This document shows, piece after piece, positions 27,171-37,499 of a stretch of DNA of 64,000 bases (position 1 is the first letter of the stretch; every line of letters begins with the position of its first letter). Below the pieces are notes generated by a model. It was not told the origin of the DNA. It saw nothing but the letters and a program-made list of their open reading frames with translations, and did no database searches. This DNA is from Candidatus Giovannonibacteria bacterium RIFCSPHIGHO2_01_FULL_45_24 (GTDB taxonomy: Bacteria > Patescibacteriota > Minisyncoccia > UBA11713 > 2-01-FULL-45-33). A program made the position numbers and the translations under genes. The stretch covers positions 55,292-119,291 of the forward strand of contig MFHE01000010.1 in assembly GCA_001778495.1 (NCBI GenBank), given 5' to 3'.

Positions 27171-28907
27171 TTATTTCAACGCATACAAATAAATATTGTT
27201 TGACGCGGCAATTTCTTGAAGTTTGTCGGCAAGCGGGGAGAGGTCCCACTCCGGATTGGTATTCTTGTCCCAGACAATGTAATTAACGTCAGCTTTCTTT
27301 AAAATATTAATGATTCCTTCGGGGTCGTCAACTATCTTTTTGTATTCGCCGGAAAGCAAATCTATGGTTTTCTCTCTGCTTAAAGCGGCATAGATTGATG
27401 AGTAGTGGCGCCCATATGCTTTTTTAATCCCGCCGGCGTCTATCTTATAAAGCGCGCCGGCAAAGTCGCCTCTGGCCTCCTTATCCAAATACGCGTACAC
27501 ATAAAGCGCGTCTTTCATTCTTTCTGCAGGGGTAGCGAAATTGAACGCGTGCATGGCCCAAAATAAATCATGGTCGGTATAGACTGAAAAAAATCTTCCA
27601 TAAAAAAGATCGGAACTTAAAATGACCCCGGGCGCGGTATCGCGGTTTAATGCGTCAATAATCGGGCGGTAGTTTTGCGCGTATTCTTTGGCATCCCAAA
27701 TCACAAGCATTCTAGCGTATTGCCGGCTGGCAGTATTTAAAAAAGCGATGACGATTACAATGCCGAGCAAAGCGCTTCCGTATTTTCGCAATATTAATTT
27801 CCCGCGCTCCGCGCCCCACACAAGCGCCCACGAAACATAAGACCCCACCACAATGGAAGTAGGAATGGTAAAGTACCAAAAGTAATGGTCAACGCCTTGC
27901 GGATCGCGCCCGGTAATTACCTGCTGATTCAGAGCTATCCAGCTGGCTAGAATAATCGCCAAAAGAATCGGGTAATCTTTTTTGCCGCGGTTTCTGAAAG
28001 CGTAAATAATTGCCATAATCAAAATCAAAAAAGAGAGCTTGCTGAAGGGCGCGGGGGCGTGAGAAATAAACGTTGTAAAGCCGGCGATTTGTTTGCCGAT
28101 TTCCGAAGACATAAGCAACGCTAATAAAACAAGGGCGTAAGACCCGATGGCAAGCCCGATGGCTGAAACCCAAAAAACTTTTTTCGCTGATTCCCAATCG
28201 CGCAGACAAATATAAATCAAAAACAAGCTCCCTGTCAGCGCGGCGGCAAACGTCCATGTAAAAGGATAGACGTAAAACAACGCGCCGAAAGAAATTCCCG
28301 CCCAAAAGACGCGCCTCCATCCCGATTCACGCAAACTTTTTGCCAGTAAATTTATATAAATAAAAAGCGCAAGAAGCCCGTAAACGGGCATTATTGGTCG
28401 GGAAAATATGTTGAAATTATAGGCGACGGCGGTAACTGGAAGGTGGTAAAGCTTTACTAACTCATAGCCGCCCACTGTAAATAAAGCGGCGGCGGCTGAC
28501 AGCAATTTATTGTCGGACAAATGCAGAATAAAAAAATAAATAAATAAAACCAACAAAGCAACTCCCAAAAAAGTATAAAAGCCGTAAAGCACCACGATAT
28601 GATTTTTCGCGACGCCGGAAAGCCCCAATAGTTTTACCGGCGCCAGCAATAGGTAGTCTATATAAGTCTGGTGCGGGTCGGACGAATCGTTTTTGCCGAT
28701 TTTCAAAAAAGTATTTCCCAAAGAATGGCCTTCCAGAATTTCCCTTCCTCTGGCGATGTATGCCGCGTCGTCGTCCCATTCGCCAAGATTGATGCCATTA
28801 TACGCATCGCCGGCCATAAACGGGAACATCCACGAAGGCAAGAGGATTAAAAACGCAAGCAAAATCGCGCAAACAAAAATAAATTTATGCTCTGTAAAAA
28901 ATTTCAT
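27171..28907 (-). CDS. Polytopic membrane protein, GT-C-like glycosyltransferase candidate (family A, member 3; tandem paralog)
   Basis: GEWDDDAAYIARGREILEGHSLGN. C-terminal NYIVWDKNTNPEWDLSPL. A 93-nt near-identical tract is shared with member 2. Confidence 0.45.
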   Translation of the reverse strand: MKFFTEHKFIFVCAILLAFLILLPSWMFPFMAGDAYNGINLGEWDDDAAYIARGREILEGHSLGNTFLKIGKNDSSDPHQTYIDYLLLAPVKLLGLSGVAKNHIVVLYGFYTFLGVALLVLFIYFFILHLSDNKLLSAAAALFTVGGYELVKLYHLPVTAVAYNFNIFSRPIMPVYGLLALFIYINLLAKSLRESGWRRVFWAGISFGALFYVYPFTWTFAAALTGSLFLIYICLRDWESAKKVFWVSAIGLAIGSYALVLLALLMSSEIGKQIAGFTTFISHAPAPFSKLSFLILIMAIIYAFRNRGKKDYPILLAIILASWIALNQQVITGRDPQGVDHYFWYFTIPTSIVVGSYVSWALVWGAERGKLILRKYGSALLGIVIVIAFLNTASRQYARMLVIWDAKEYAQNYRPIIDALNRDTAPGVILSSDLFYGRFFSVYTDHDLFWAMHAFNFATPAERMKDALYVYAYLDKEARGDFAGALYKIDAGGIKKAYGRHYSSIYAALSREKTIDLLSGEYKKIVDDPEGIINILKKADVNYIVWDKNTNPEWDLSPLADKLQEIAASNNIYLYALK

Positions 28908-29635
28908 TTGTAAAACCCTCTTAATTGGTTAATTTTTATTTGCATAAGTTCTTTCAAAGAAATAACAATGTCACGGGCGGCTCTTACTTTTGAATCATCA
29001 TCATGCGACCATTCTACCGGCATCTGGCGGATAGGTATGCGTTTTAATTTTGCGACATATAGAAGCTCCGTGTCAAACGCCCATCTGTTTATCCGCGCAA
29101 TAGGGAAAATCTCCGCGGCCGCCTCGCGGGAAAAACATTTAAACCCGCAGGTAAAATCGGCTACCTCGCGAACGAAAACGCGGGACAGCGCGCTGAATCC
29201 GGCGCCGAGAAATTCGCGCAGCCAATGCTCGCGCTTGTTTATGCGCGAATCCGTCATCCGGCGGCTGCCGATAACTATTTGATCGCCGTCCGAAACGAAA
29301 GATTTAAAATGCTGGAACTCGCTTAAGGGAACCGCCAAATCAATGTCAAAAAAAATTATCCAGCGCCCGCTGGCCCCGAGGGTGCCTTGTCTTACCGCAT
29401 AACCCTTCCCGCGATTTTTGCCGTATTTTATGATTTTAAAATCATGCTTTCCCTGATAACTTTCCAGAACTTTTTCCGTGTCATCAGTGGACCCGTCGTT
29501 AACAAAAATCACCTCCACCGCATCTCCGCAGCTATTAAAAAAATTGAAAATTTGGTCTATACTTCTCGGTATGCGCTTCGCTTCATTATACACCGGCACT
29601 ATGATGGAAAAATCGGTTTTTGGCATAACAATCAA
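28904..29635 (-). CDS. GT2 Dpm1-like polyprenyl-phosphate sugar synthase
   Basis: FSIIVPVYNEAKRI...VIFVNDGSTDDT...IIFFDIDLAVP...VIGSR. Confidence 0.7.
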   Translation of the reverse strand: MIVMPKTDFSIIVPVYNEAKRIPRSIDQIFNFFNSCGDAVEVIFVNDGSTDDTEKVLESYQGKHDFKIIKYGKNRGKGYAVRQGTLGASGRWIIFFDIDLAVPLSEFQHFKSFVSDGDQIVIGSRRMTDSRINKREHWLREFLGAGFSALSRVFVREVADFTCGFKCFSREAAAEIFPIARINRWAFDTELLYVAKLKRIPIRQMPVEWSHDDDSKVRAARDIVISLKELMQIKINQLRGFYK

Positions 29636-29649
29636 AATAAAATTATAGC

Positions 29650-30447
29650 ATGGAAAGAGCCCAATATATAGAGCTTTATAACACTGAAAAAGACCATTGG
29701 TGGTTCCGCGGCCGCCGCAGGATTATCTCCGAATGCTTGCGATTATTCTGCCCTCAAAAAGTTGAAAGAGCCCTGGACATCGGCTGCGGCACGGGTTTTA
29801 ACGCCGTCCTCCTTGGCAATTTCTCAAAAAACGTTTTTGGGCTTGATTTTTCTGACGTTGCCGCTGATCTCGCAAAAAAGCTAAACCCGGACTTTACGTT
29901 AATTAAAGGCGAGTTTCCCGAAATCAAACTGGATGAACAATATAACGTCATCACTCTGCTGGACGTTTTGGAGCACATTGAAGACGACGTCGCGGCGCTC
30001 AAACGGATAGAAGAACTGCTCGCGCCCGGCGGATTGGCGCTTATAACCGTGCCCGCATTTGATTTTTTATGGACCGAGCACGATAAACTGCTTCATCATA
30101 AACGCCGATACGCAAAACCGGGCCTGATGAGCTTAATACGCTCCAGAACAAATCTGACCATAAAAAAAATAAGTTATTTTAACGCGTTTATGTTCCTGCC
30201 GATACTTGTTTTCAGATATTTAAGAAGGGCGTTTAATTTGGGCGAGGGTGAGTCTGACTTCTTTATGCTGCCTAAACCGCTGAATTACGCTCTTGAGAAA
30301 ATTTTTTCTCTGGAGGCGAAGATTCTTCGCCTGGCGAACTTCCCTTTCGGCGTTTCAATAATCTGCGTGCTCCAAAAACCGGCGCGAAGCTCACCAATAA
30401 GTGTAAAACAGAATCTGCAAAGTAATAATCTGAAAAAACAACAATGA
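29650..30447 (+). CDS. Class-I SAM-dependent methyltransferase
   Basis: HWWFRGRR...ALDIGCGTGFNAVLL...GLDFSD...YNVITLLDVLEHIEDD...LAPGGLALITVP. Confidence 0.65.
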   Translation: MERAQYIELYNTEKDHWWFRGRRRIISECLRLFCPQKVERALDIGCGTGFNAVLLGNFSKNVFGLDFSDVAADLAKKLNPDFTLIKGEFPEIKLDEQYNVITLLDVLEHIEDDVAALKRIEELLAPGGLALITVPAFDFLWTEHDKLLHHKRRYAKPGLMSLIRSRTNLTIKKISYFNAFMFLPILVFRYLRRAFNLGEGESDFFMLPKPLNYALEKIFSLEAKILRLANFPFGVSIICVLQKPARSSPISVKQNLQSNNLKKQQ

Positions 30448-31830
30448 CAAAAGCGCGTTAAACCGCAAGGGCTCCCAATCTTTTACTATTTTCATCAGCG
30501 GCAAAATGAAAAGCGGGGTCAAAAAGAGCCATATTCTCTCAACCTCGCCCTGGAAAATACCCATGAGCAAAAAAAGCCCTACCATGATAAATCCGAGCGA
30601 TGCGGCCAAATTCTCGCGCCGCCAAAATTCCTTAATCCGCCCGACCAGCAAAAAAACGTTCGGGAGACCTAGATAGACGGCAAATGCAGATAAATTCATA
30701 AAAAAGTAAACAAAATATATCAAGAGCGATTCAAAGTTGCTTTTGATTTCCGCATTTTGCGCGGCGCGCGAAACCCAAAAATTTTCCCAAATTGAATAAT
30801 CGTAAACCAAATAAAGGGCCGCAAAAAAAAGCGCGAGGCCGGCAACAGCCGCGGCGGTTCTGAAAATCAAGCGCTTGGCCTCACCGCTTTTTCCGTAAAC
30901 CATAAAAAGCAGAATCAAAAAGAGCGGGGCAGCGAGCAAAAACAAATAATTTAAAAATAGCGCGGCGGCGGCGGCCACCCCGCCCAAAAAAGATAAAACC
31001 GCGCTTCTCATCCAGCCGGCATAGATTAAAAATATGGCGATCCAAACAAAAAACAAAAAAACCGCGTCCATTGAAGTCGCGCTCATCATCGCAAAACTTG
31101 GGAAAAAGACAAAAAGCTCAAGTCCCCTTCTTGTTTCCCTCTCGGTGGCAAAATTCTTTAAAAAATAGTAAAGTGGGAAAACGGCAAGCCCGCCGAGCAT
31201 AACCGTAAGCGCCGCCATACCGCCGAAACCCGCGTGCAAGTATTTCTGGAAAAAATAAAGAATAAGTGTATACCCCGGCGGATGTATGCGGGTGTGTATT
31301 GACAAGGACTGGCTTAAATCAATGAAGTTCTTCAGAAAATCAGATGTGTTTCTTATCAAATAAAGATTCCCGGTGTACTCAAAATGAGTGCGGGTAAACG
31401 GCTCATAAACGCTAAAAAAACCTTCGCGCACGGCCGCCACGCCGATGCTGAAAAATACAAAAAAAACGTAGAGCGCGAAGAGGAATTTAAAAACAGCAAC
31501 TCGCTCCATCCTCTCCCGAAAACGCAAAAATAGCATGAAAAGGAGCGTAGTGCCGGCCAGCCACAGCCACCCAAGCGCCTTGGGCGAAGGGATGGCGTAA
31601 AAAACCAGCCGATCGGCGATGTAATTATAAGGATACATATAAAAAATTACGAGCTTTAGGAACGCAAGCGCAAAAAGCGAGATCGCGGAAATGTAAAAAA
31701 GTTTTTTAGAAAATTGGTCGTTCCTAAAATAGCCGAAGTAAAAAAGAGCAAAAATAACAGCAAATAAAAAAGCAACAATGCCCCCCCAAAAAGCAACCGC
31801 AAGCTTAGCGCCGGAGATTTCTATCATCAT
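30391..31830 (-). CDS. GT-C-type membrane glycosyltransferase (ArnT/PMT_2-like)
   Basis: Polytopic. IHPPGYTLILYFFQKYLHAGFGGMAALTVMLGGLAVFPLYYFL matches the GT-C HPPL...fG pattern. Confidence 0.5.
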   Translation of the reverse strand: MMIEISGAKLAVAFWGGIVAFLFAVIFALFYFGYFRNDQFSKKLFYISAISLFALAFLKLVIFYMYPYNYIADRLVFYAIPSPKALGWLWLAGTTLLFMLFLRFRERMERVAVFKFLFALYVFFVFFSIGVAAVREGFFSVYEPFTRTHFEYTGNLYLIRNTSDFLKNFIDLSQSLSIHTRIHPPGYTLILYFFQKYLHAGFGGMAALTVMLGGLAVFPLYYFLKNFATERETRRGLELFVFFPSFAMMSATSMDAVFLFFVWIAIFLIYAGWMRSAVLSFLGGVAAAAALFLNYLFLLAAPLFLILLFMVYGKSGEAKRLIFRTAAAVAGLALFFAALYLVYDYSIWENFWVSRAAQNAEIKSNFESLLIYFVYFFMNLSAFAVYLGLPNVFLLVGRIKEFWRRENLAASLGFIMVGLFLLMGIFQGEVERIWLFLTPLFILPLMKIVKDWEPLRFNALLSLLFFQIITLQILFYTYW

Positions 31831-32521
31831 TCCAGTTTATAACGATGCCGCCCACATCGGCAAGAGCGTGGAGGCGCTGATGAATTTTATCCAGAGCGAA
31901 AATTTAAACGCTGAAGTTTTGATAATAAATGACGGAGGCAAAGACGCCACGGCAAAAATAGTTGAAGAGAAATTAAAAAAATATCCGGCGATCCGTTTTA
32001 TAAATAGGGCAAAAAATATAGGCAAAGGCGCGAGTGTGCGCGAAGGCATCGCCACCTCCTCCGGTAACGTCATTATTTTTACCGACGCAGATTTGCCGTA
32101 CGGCACAAAGCATTTTAAAGAAATGATTGAGTTTCTGCGTTCATGGAAAGCTGATTTGGTTATCGCAAACCGCCACCTGTGGTCAACCTGGCAGGTTGAC
32201 CAATTTGGCATTAGCACTGTAAGACGTCTTACTCATTGGAGCTTCGGGTTTTTAGTCCGAAATCTTTTGCATTTGAGATTTTCAGACACCCAAGCGGGAC
32301 TTAAAGGAATGAGTCATAAAGCGGCGGGGGTGATTCTCCCGAAATTAAATATCAACGGCTTTGCTTTTGATTTGGAGCTTTTGGTTGAAGCCCAAAAAGC
32401 CGGCCTAAAAATCCAGGAGGTTCCGGTGGTTTTGGAAAACGCCGGCCAGTCAAATATCAAAATAGCCAGAGATTCTCTCCGGATGCTTATAGATATAATT
32501 AAAATCTGGCTTAGCTACTGA
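31778..32521 (+). CDS. GT2 Dpm1-like polyprenyl-phosphate sugar synthase
   Basis: ISIIIPVYNDAAHI...VLIINDGGKDAT...IIFTDADLPYG...VIANRH. Confidence 0.7.
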   Translation: MPPQKATASLAPEISIIIPVYNDAAHIGKSVEALMNFIQSENLNAEVLIINDGGKDATAKIVEEKLKKYPAIRFINRAKNIGKGASVREGIATSSGNVIIFTDADLPYGTKHFKEMIEFLRSWKADLVIANRHLWSTWQVDQFGISTVRRLTHWSFGFLVRNLLHLRFSDTQAGLKGMSHKAAGVILPKLNINGFAFDLELLVEAQKAGLKIQEVPVVLENAGQSNIKIARDSLRMLIDIIKIWLSY

Positions 32522-33909
32522 CTAAGTTTTCTATATAAAGAGTAGTGGCCGATTTGTTTTTGTATTTCGTAATCAGACTCTAGAGTATTGACGAATATAT
32601 CAACTGGCGCGCTTTGAACAGCAACATAATTATAATTTTCTATATCGGTTTTTCCAAAAGACAAAACAGGGTTTATTCGCAGATACTGATAAACTTGCCG
32701 GCTTTCAATCAAAAAAGCTGCGCTTGAGGCGTTGATAATAAAAATTTTATCATCTAGTGTGGTTGTTTCCATGACATATTTGGAAAAAATTTCAGTTTCA
32801 TCGGAATAATATAAACTGGAGTTCCGCTGGCTTATGGTGTAGGAGGTCTGGAAAATAAAAAGCAGGGCGATCAGAGAGACGGCGGCTTTTCTGCCAATCA
32901 AGCGGAGTGCGGCGGCCGGAAAGACCAGAAACAAAACCATATGCGCGGGGAAAAAGTAGCGGTACCAGCCCGGGGTTTTGAGGTAAAAAGCCAGGACCAG
33001 CAAAATAAAAGCAGCTAAAATAATTTCAACTTTTTTTACATCTTCGCCTTTTTTGTTTTTCCAAAAAATGAACGCGGCGGACGCCAAAAAAAGCAATAAG
33101 AAATGAATTGGCGTGGACTCCGTGAAAAATCTCAAAAAATTCGCGGAAATCAGGTCGCCGAAATTAACAGAAGCGTAGGAATTTGAATAATAGTTAAACG
33201 CTGGAAAAAGTCCGGCTAAAGAAAAACTCGGCAAAATCGTGTATAGCCAAAAAATCAGCGGAAACAGGGCTCCGGAGGCAATGAGCAAGAACCGTTTCAG
33301 CAAAATTTTAAAATCGTTTTTATAGTAGACGATTTCGCCAACCAAAACCGCCGCAGGAACAATCAAAAAAACCGGCTTGGCGGCGGCGGAGAGGCCGGTG
33401 AAAAGTCCGGCTAAAAACAATTTGTTAAAATTAAATTCCGGCGCGAGCAGCAGCAATGCGCATAAAAAGTAAAACAACCCCGGAATTTCCCCCAAAACGG
33501 CTTTACCATTGCCGTAAAAAGGCGTAAAAGATACAATCAGTGCGACGCTCATAAGAGCCGCAGTTTTTCCGTAAAGCATTTTTACTAAAAAATAGGCGGC
33601 GAGCGAGAATAAAAACAAAAACAAAACCATAGGCGCTCTGGCGGCAACCAAATTAAAGCCGAATAATTTCATTGATAAAGCCGCCGGCAGCAAAACAGGA
33701 TAATTGCTGGTAATCAAAAATTGGCGCGTCTCAACAAATTCGCCGGGCGCAATCTCCAAACTAAAAACTCCGTGATTTATTAATCCTTTGGCAATGCCTA
33801 AATTAATCCCCTCGTCAAACCAAGTGGCAGGGCTGTAAGGCAAGCGCCATACGCCAAACAAAATCAAAATGACAAATAGAAAAGTTAAAATCAGGTTATC
33901 TCGCGGCAT
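32515..33909 (-). CDS. GT-C-type membrane glycosyltransferase
   Basis: WFDEGINLGIAKGLINHGVF (first-loop DE motif)...ARAPMVLFLFLFSLAAYFLVKMLYG. More than 10 TM helices. Confidence 0.5.
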   Translation of the reverse strand: MPRDNLILTFLFVILILFGVWRLPYSPATWFDEGINLGIAKGLINHGVFSLEIAPGEFVETRQFLITSNYPVLLPAALSMKLFGFNLVAARAPMVLFLFLFSLAAYFLVKMLYGKTAALMSVALIVSFTPFYGNGKAVLGEIPGLFYFLCALLLLAPEFNFNKLFLAGLFTGLSAAAKPVFLIVPAAVLVGEIVYYKNDFKILLKRFLLIASGALFPLIFWLYTILPSFSLAGLFPAFNYYSNSYASVNFGDLISANFLRFFTESTPIHFLLLFLASAAFIFWKNKKGEDVKKVEIILAAFILLVLAFYLKTPGWYRYFFPAHMVLFLVFPAAALRLIGRKAAVSLIALLFIFQTSYTISQRNSSLYYSDETEIFSKYVMETTTLDDKIFIINASSAAFLIESRQVYQYLRINPVLSFGKTDIENYNYVAVQSAPVDIFVNTLESDYEIQKQIGHYSLYRKLSQ

Positions 33910-35134
33910 ATTTTTTATAAATAAAATTAAATCCGGCGCCGGCGAATAAAAGAATAAAAGGCGTCAAAGGCAGCATATACCTGCTCATGTCCGCGCCCAA
34001 CCCTAAAGCTCCTACCGAAGCGGCATTTACCAAAAAAAAGAGAAAGATCAAATAAAACCAAATCCTCGCTTTTTTTTCAAAAAAAAGCAAGAGCGCAAAC
34101 GCGTAAAGCAGCGCCCAGAATGCCCAAACCGCCGCGGCGGCGGCAAAAATCCACTTTCCAAAATTCTCGTCAAAAAGCTGCGGCAATTTCGGTTTTAAAA
34201 CATAATTAGTGAGATAAAAGTACGGATTTTTAGAAAGCGACTCCAGAACCACAGAGGCGTAAAATTTGGCGTAGGCCCATGGCCTTTCTTTAAAAATTTC
34301 AAAAAAATGCCTCTGGTAAAATGGGATATTTGCCGGATCGTAAGGCGGAAGTTGCGGGCGCGGCAGTATAAACCCTTCTCTATCCGCGAATATCGACGTA
34401 ACAACGCCGTAAAGGTTATACCACGAAGCGGAAGATAATTGCCACGTATCAAAAACAATTTTATTGCGAAGCATCCATGGGAAAAGCACGGCCAAAAACA
34501 GCGTGGTGGACACAATAATTTTTTTCAAGCCGATCTGTCTCCAAAACATCATAATTAGAAATAGCGGGAAAAAGTATATGCCAACGGAGCGCGTAAGCGT
34601 TGCCAAACCAAAAAATAGAGTAAACTGGTAATAACGCCTTAAAACAAAATAATAAAAGGCCAGAATAAACAAAAAGGCAAACAAATAATCTGACATCAAA
34701 AGATTATTCCAATAAACAGACATTGGCTCAACACTCATAAAAACTGCCGCAAAAAAGCCCACATTCCGCGAATTAAAAATTAAAATGCCGATGCGGTAAA
34801 CTAAAACCGCCATGAACCCGGCCAAGACATTTTGCGCGAAAACAATTGCAAAAATCGGCAACTTAAACCACAAAAACGATGCCAAAAAAAGCGGATAGAG
34901 AGGCGTGCGATAGGCGTCGGGCACGTACGGCGGGGCCGCACTCATGCTGAAAATATGATTTTCGACTAGATTCTTCGCCAGAGGAAGATAAAAAGAAAAA
35001 GCGTCCGAGTAAGCCAGAAATCCCTGCGATCCAAATTTAACCTGCACAGAAACCGCGTACAAGAACCTGACCCCGAACGCCAGAAAAAAAATCCAAATCT
35101 CGGTTTTATGATTTTTGAGCCAGCTCAAAATCAA
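33896..35134 (-). CDS. GT-C-type membrane glycosyltransferase
   Basis: YVPDAYRTPLYPLFLASFLW...NVLAGFMAVLVYRIGILIF. Polytopic. Confidence 0.5.
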   Translation of the reverse strand: MILSWLKNHKTEIWIFFLAFGVRFLYAVSVQVKFGSQGFLAYSDAFSFYLPLAKNLVENHIFSMSAAPPYVPDAYRTPLYPLFLASFLWFKLPIFAIVFAQNVLAGFMAVLVYRIGILIFNSRNVGFFAAVFMSVEPMSVYWNNLLMSDYLFAFLFILAFYYFVLRRYYQFTLFFGLATLTRSVGIYFFPLFLIMMFWRQIGLKKIIVSTTLFLAVLFPWMLRNKIVFDTWQLSSASWYNLYGVVTSIFADREGFILPRPQLPPYDPANIPFYQRHFFEIFKERPWAYAKFYASVVLESLSKNPYFYLTNYVLKPKLPQLFDENFGKWIFAAAAAVWAFWALLYAFALLLFFEKKARIWFYLIFLFFLVNAASVGALGLGADMSRYMLPLTPFILLFAGAGFNFIYKKYAAR

Positions 35135-35835
35135 TCAAATAAATTAAATCTGATAATAGCCGAGATGGCGTAAAGGCCGTCACGCCAGCCGATTTTTTTC
35201 CCTTCGGCGTAAGTCCGGCCGCTGTAGGAAATACCAACCTCGTAAACGCGGAGTTCGGCCTTGGCGACTCTGGCGACGATTTCCGGTTCAATGCCGAACC
35301 TGCTGCTTTTGAGTTTCGGCAGGATTTTCAAGAGCGCCGTGCGCCTGAAAGCTTTATACCCCGTCTCCATATCGGTTAAATTGAGGTCCGTAAAAATATT
35401 GGAAAGCGTAGTCAGAATTTTATTGCCGACATAGTGCCAGAAAAATAAAACCCGGTGCGCCGAGGCACCCATAAAACGCGAGCCGAAAACCACGTCAGCC
35501 CGACCGTCCAAAAGCGGAGCCAGCAAAATTTTATATTCGTTGGGATCATATTCCAAATCTGCGTCTTGAACAATAATAAAGTCGCCGAGAGCTTCCTGAA
35601 ACCCGCGCCGGAGAGCCGCGCCCTTGCCTTTATTTTTATCCTGGTAAAGTATTCTGTATTTGCCTGTTTTTTCTAAATGTTTTAAAACTTCGCGCGTGCC
35701 ATCGCTTGAGCCGTCATCAACAACCACAATTTCTTTTTGCGATTCGCCGACATCAGCGCCCTCCGCGCGTTTCAAAATCTCCGCAATAGTATTTTTCTCG
35801 TTGTACGCTGGGACAATAATGGAAAGTTTAAACAT
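35131..35835 (-). CDS. GT2 Dpm1-like polyprenyl-phosphate sugar synthase
   Basis: LSIIVPAYNEKNTI...VVVDDGSSDGT...IIVQDADLEYDP...VFGSRF. Confidence 0.75.
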   Translation of the reverse strand: MFKLSIIVPAYNEKNTIAEILKRAEGADVGESQKEIVVVDDGSSDGTREVLKHLEKTGKYRILYQDKNKGKGAALRRGFQEALGDFIIVQDADLEYDPNEYKILLAPLLDGRADVVFGSRFMGASAHRVLFFWHYVGNKILTTLSNIFTDLNLTDMETGYKAFRRTALLKILPKLKSSRFGIEPEIVARVAKAELRVYEVGISYSGRTYAEGKKIGWRDGLYAISAIIRFNLFD

Positions 35836-35879
35836 GCTATGGATTATAACCTAAATTTTCTATATAGTTAAATGTAATT

Positions 35880-37499
35880 ATGAACTTGAGAACATGGCTT
35901 ATTTCTATTTTGGCTTTGGCGTTTCTGATAAGAATCGCTGGTGTAAGCTATGGGCTTCCTCTTTGGCTAGTTGATGATGAACCTCCTTTCGTATTGGCAG
36001 CGCTTAAAATGCTTGAACTAAAAACTCTGTTGCCGGCGCTCCATTTTGCTGATTTTAAGACCGTTCTTTACTATCCGCCGTATCTCGCCTATTTATATTT
36101 GCCGTTTTTTGCGGCACTTGCCGCGGTAAAATTTTTATTCTATAAAGGCGCGGCGAATCTTTTCGCGGCGTATTTATTGAGCGACCTCTCTGGATTTTTT
36201 ATAATCGCGCGAGTAATAAATATTCTCTTGGGCGTCGCATCGGTTTATTTAATTTATAAAATAGCAAAAAATATTTTCACAGACGAAACTCCAGCTCTGT
36301 TTACCGCCTTTTTTGTTTCAACCAGTTTAATCCATACCGCGCTATCCATGACTAGCAGGCACTGGCTTTCCGTTTTTTTCTTCTCCGCACTCACTCTTTT
36401 TTGGCTTTCTCATCAAAAAGTCTCCGACAAAAAGAGATATCTGCTAGCAGCTCTTAGCGCGGGCGTCGGCGTGGGTTTTGCGATAACAAATATCCTTTCG
36501 GCCCTACTTATTGTCTTTTGGTACCTACTTTACGAAAAAAAATCTATTTTAGGGTTGTTAAAAGAAAAATTTTTCTACGGTTTATGCGCCCTTTTTGCGG
36601 TGCTGGCCATGCTCCCCTACTTGCTTTACCCAGGAAGCCTGGGTTTCAGAGCGGATACAACAGAGAGTGCCGCAAAAACTGTCCGGGGGCTCATTTCAAG
36701 CCCATTTTACTTCGCAAAAACCATTGCCGCCTCGGAGTTTGTGTTAATCGCGTTCGCTACGGCGGGCCTGGCTTTCGCGTTTAAAAAATCGCGCGGCGTT
36801 TTCTGGGCTTTCGCCGCGTTCATCTGCGCCTACAGCGTGATTTTTTATCTAATTTTCCGTTTTGAGCCGCGATTTTTCATGGGAATACTGCCAATCTTCA
36901 TAATTCTCGCTGGGTATGGGTTTTATGAAACACAAAAAAAAATGTCTTCCGCCGCCTTATCAAAATCGCTTATGATCCTGCTACTGCTCCCTCTTATTTT
37001 CTCGTTGCGGCTCGGCTGGTTGGCCTTAAAAAATGACTCGCGCACCATGGCGCGCTCTTGGGCTGAAGCAAACCTACCCGCCGGGGCAAAAATAATAACG
37101 CTGGCTCGGCTCACACGTTTTTCCACAAACAAAAGCGCCGTTGATGAGCAGAGGAAAATAGATTCATCTTCTTTAAGAAAAGTTGACTTAGCGGACGCGG
37201 AGCTGGGGAGGCCGAATTTTCACGCCCTGAACTTATTTGACGCCAACAATCAAAATTTCTACGAAAACTTGGAAAACTATGTTAAAGAAAACAACTACGA
37301 ATACGTGATTATTCAGCCGAACTATCGCAATGGCCAATATTTTAAAAAGGCGATGGGGAACGGAAAGCTTATAAAAACTTTCGGCTCCGGCGAATCGGAT
37401 ATGTCCGTGGCTGAAAGTCAATTTTTAAAGAATCCCTTGGCCTTGTTTCAAATAAAAGAATTTGGGCCAAAAATAGAAATATATAAATTAAACCGGTGA
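35880..37499 (+). CDS. GT-C-type membrane glycosyltransferase (ArnT/PMT-like)
   Basis: LPLWLVDDEPPFVLAA...RVINILLGVASVYLIYKIAKNIF. Large C-terminal soluble domain. Confidence 0.6.
   Translation: MNLRTWLISILALAFLIRIAGVSYGLPLWLVDDEPPFVLAALKMLELKTLLPALHFADFKTVLYYPPYLAYLYLPFFAALAAVKFLFYKGAANLFAAYLLSDLSGFFIIARVINILLGVASVYLIYKIAKNIFTDETPALFTAFFVSTSLIHTALSMTSRHWLSVFFFSALTLFWLSHQKVSDKKRYLLAALSAGVGVGFAITNILSALLIVFWYLLYEKKSILGLLKEKFFYGLCALFAVLAMLPYLLYPGSLGFRADTTESAAKTVRGLISSPFYFAKTIAASEFVLIAFATAGLAFAFKKSRGVFWAFAAFICAYSVIFYLIFRFEPRFFMGILPIFIILAGYGFYETQKKMSSAALSKSLMILLLLPLIFSLRLGWLALKNDSRTMARSWAEANLPAGAKIITLARLTRFSTNKSAVDEQRKIDSSSLRKVDLADAELGRPNFHALNLFDANNQNFYENLENYVKENNYEYVIIQPNYRNGQYFKKAMGNGKLIKTFGSGESDMSVAESQFLKNPLALFQIKEFGPKIEIYKLNR

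Noticed and set aside
31778-31830. 53-nt divergent overlap between the GT-C gene (minus, track start 31830) and the GT2 gene (plus, start 31778)
   Set aside because: The minus gene most likely initiates at a downstream start. No programmed overlap is inferred. Both genes are otherwise intact.
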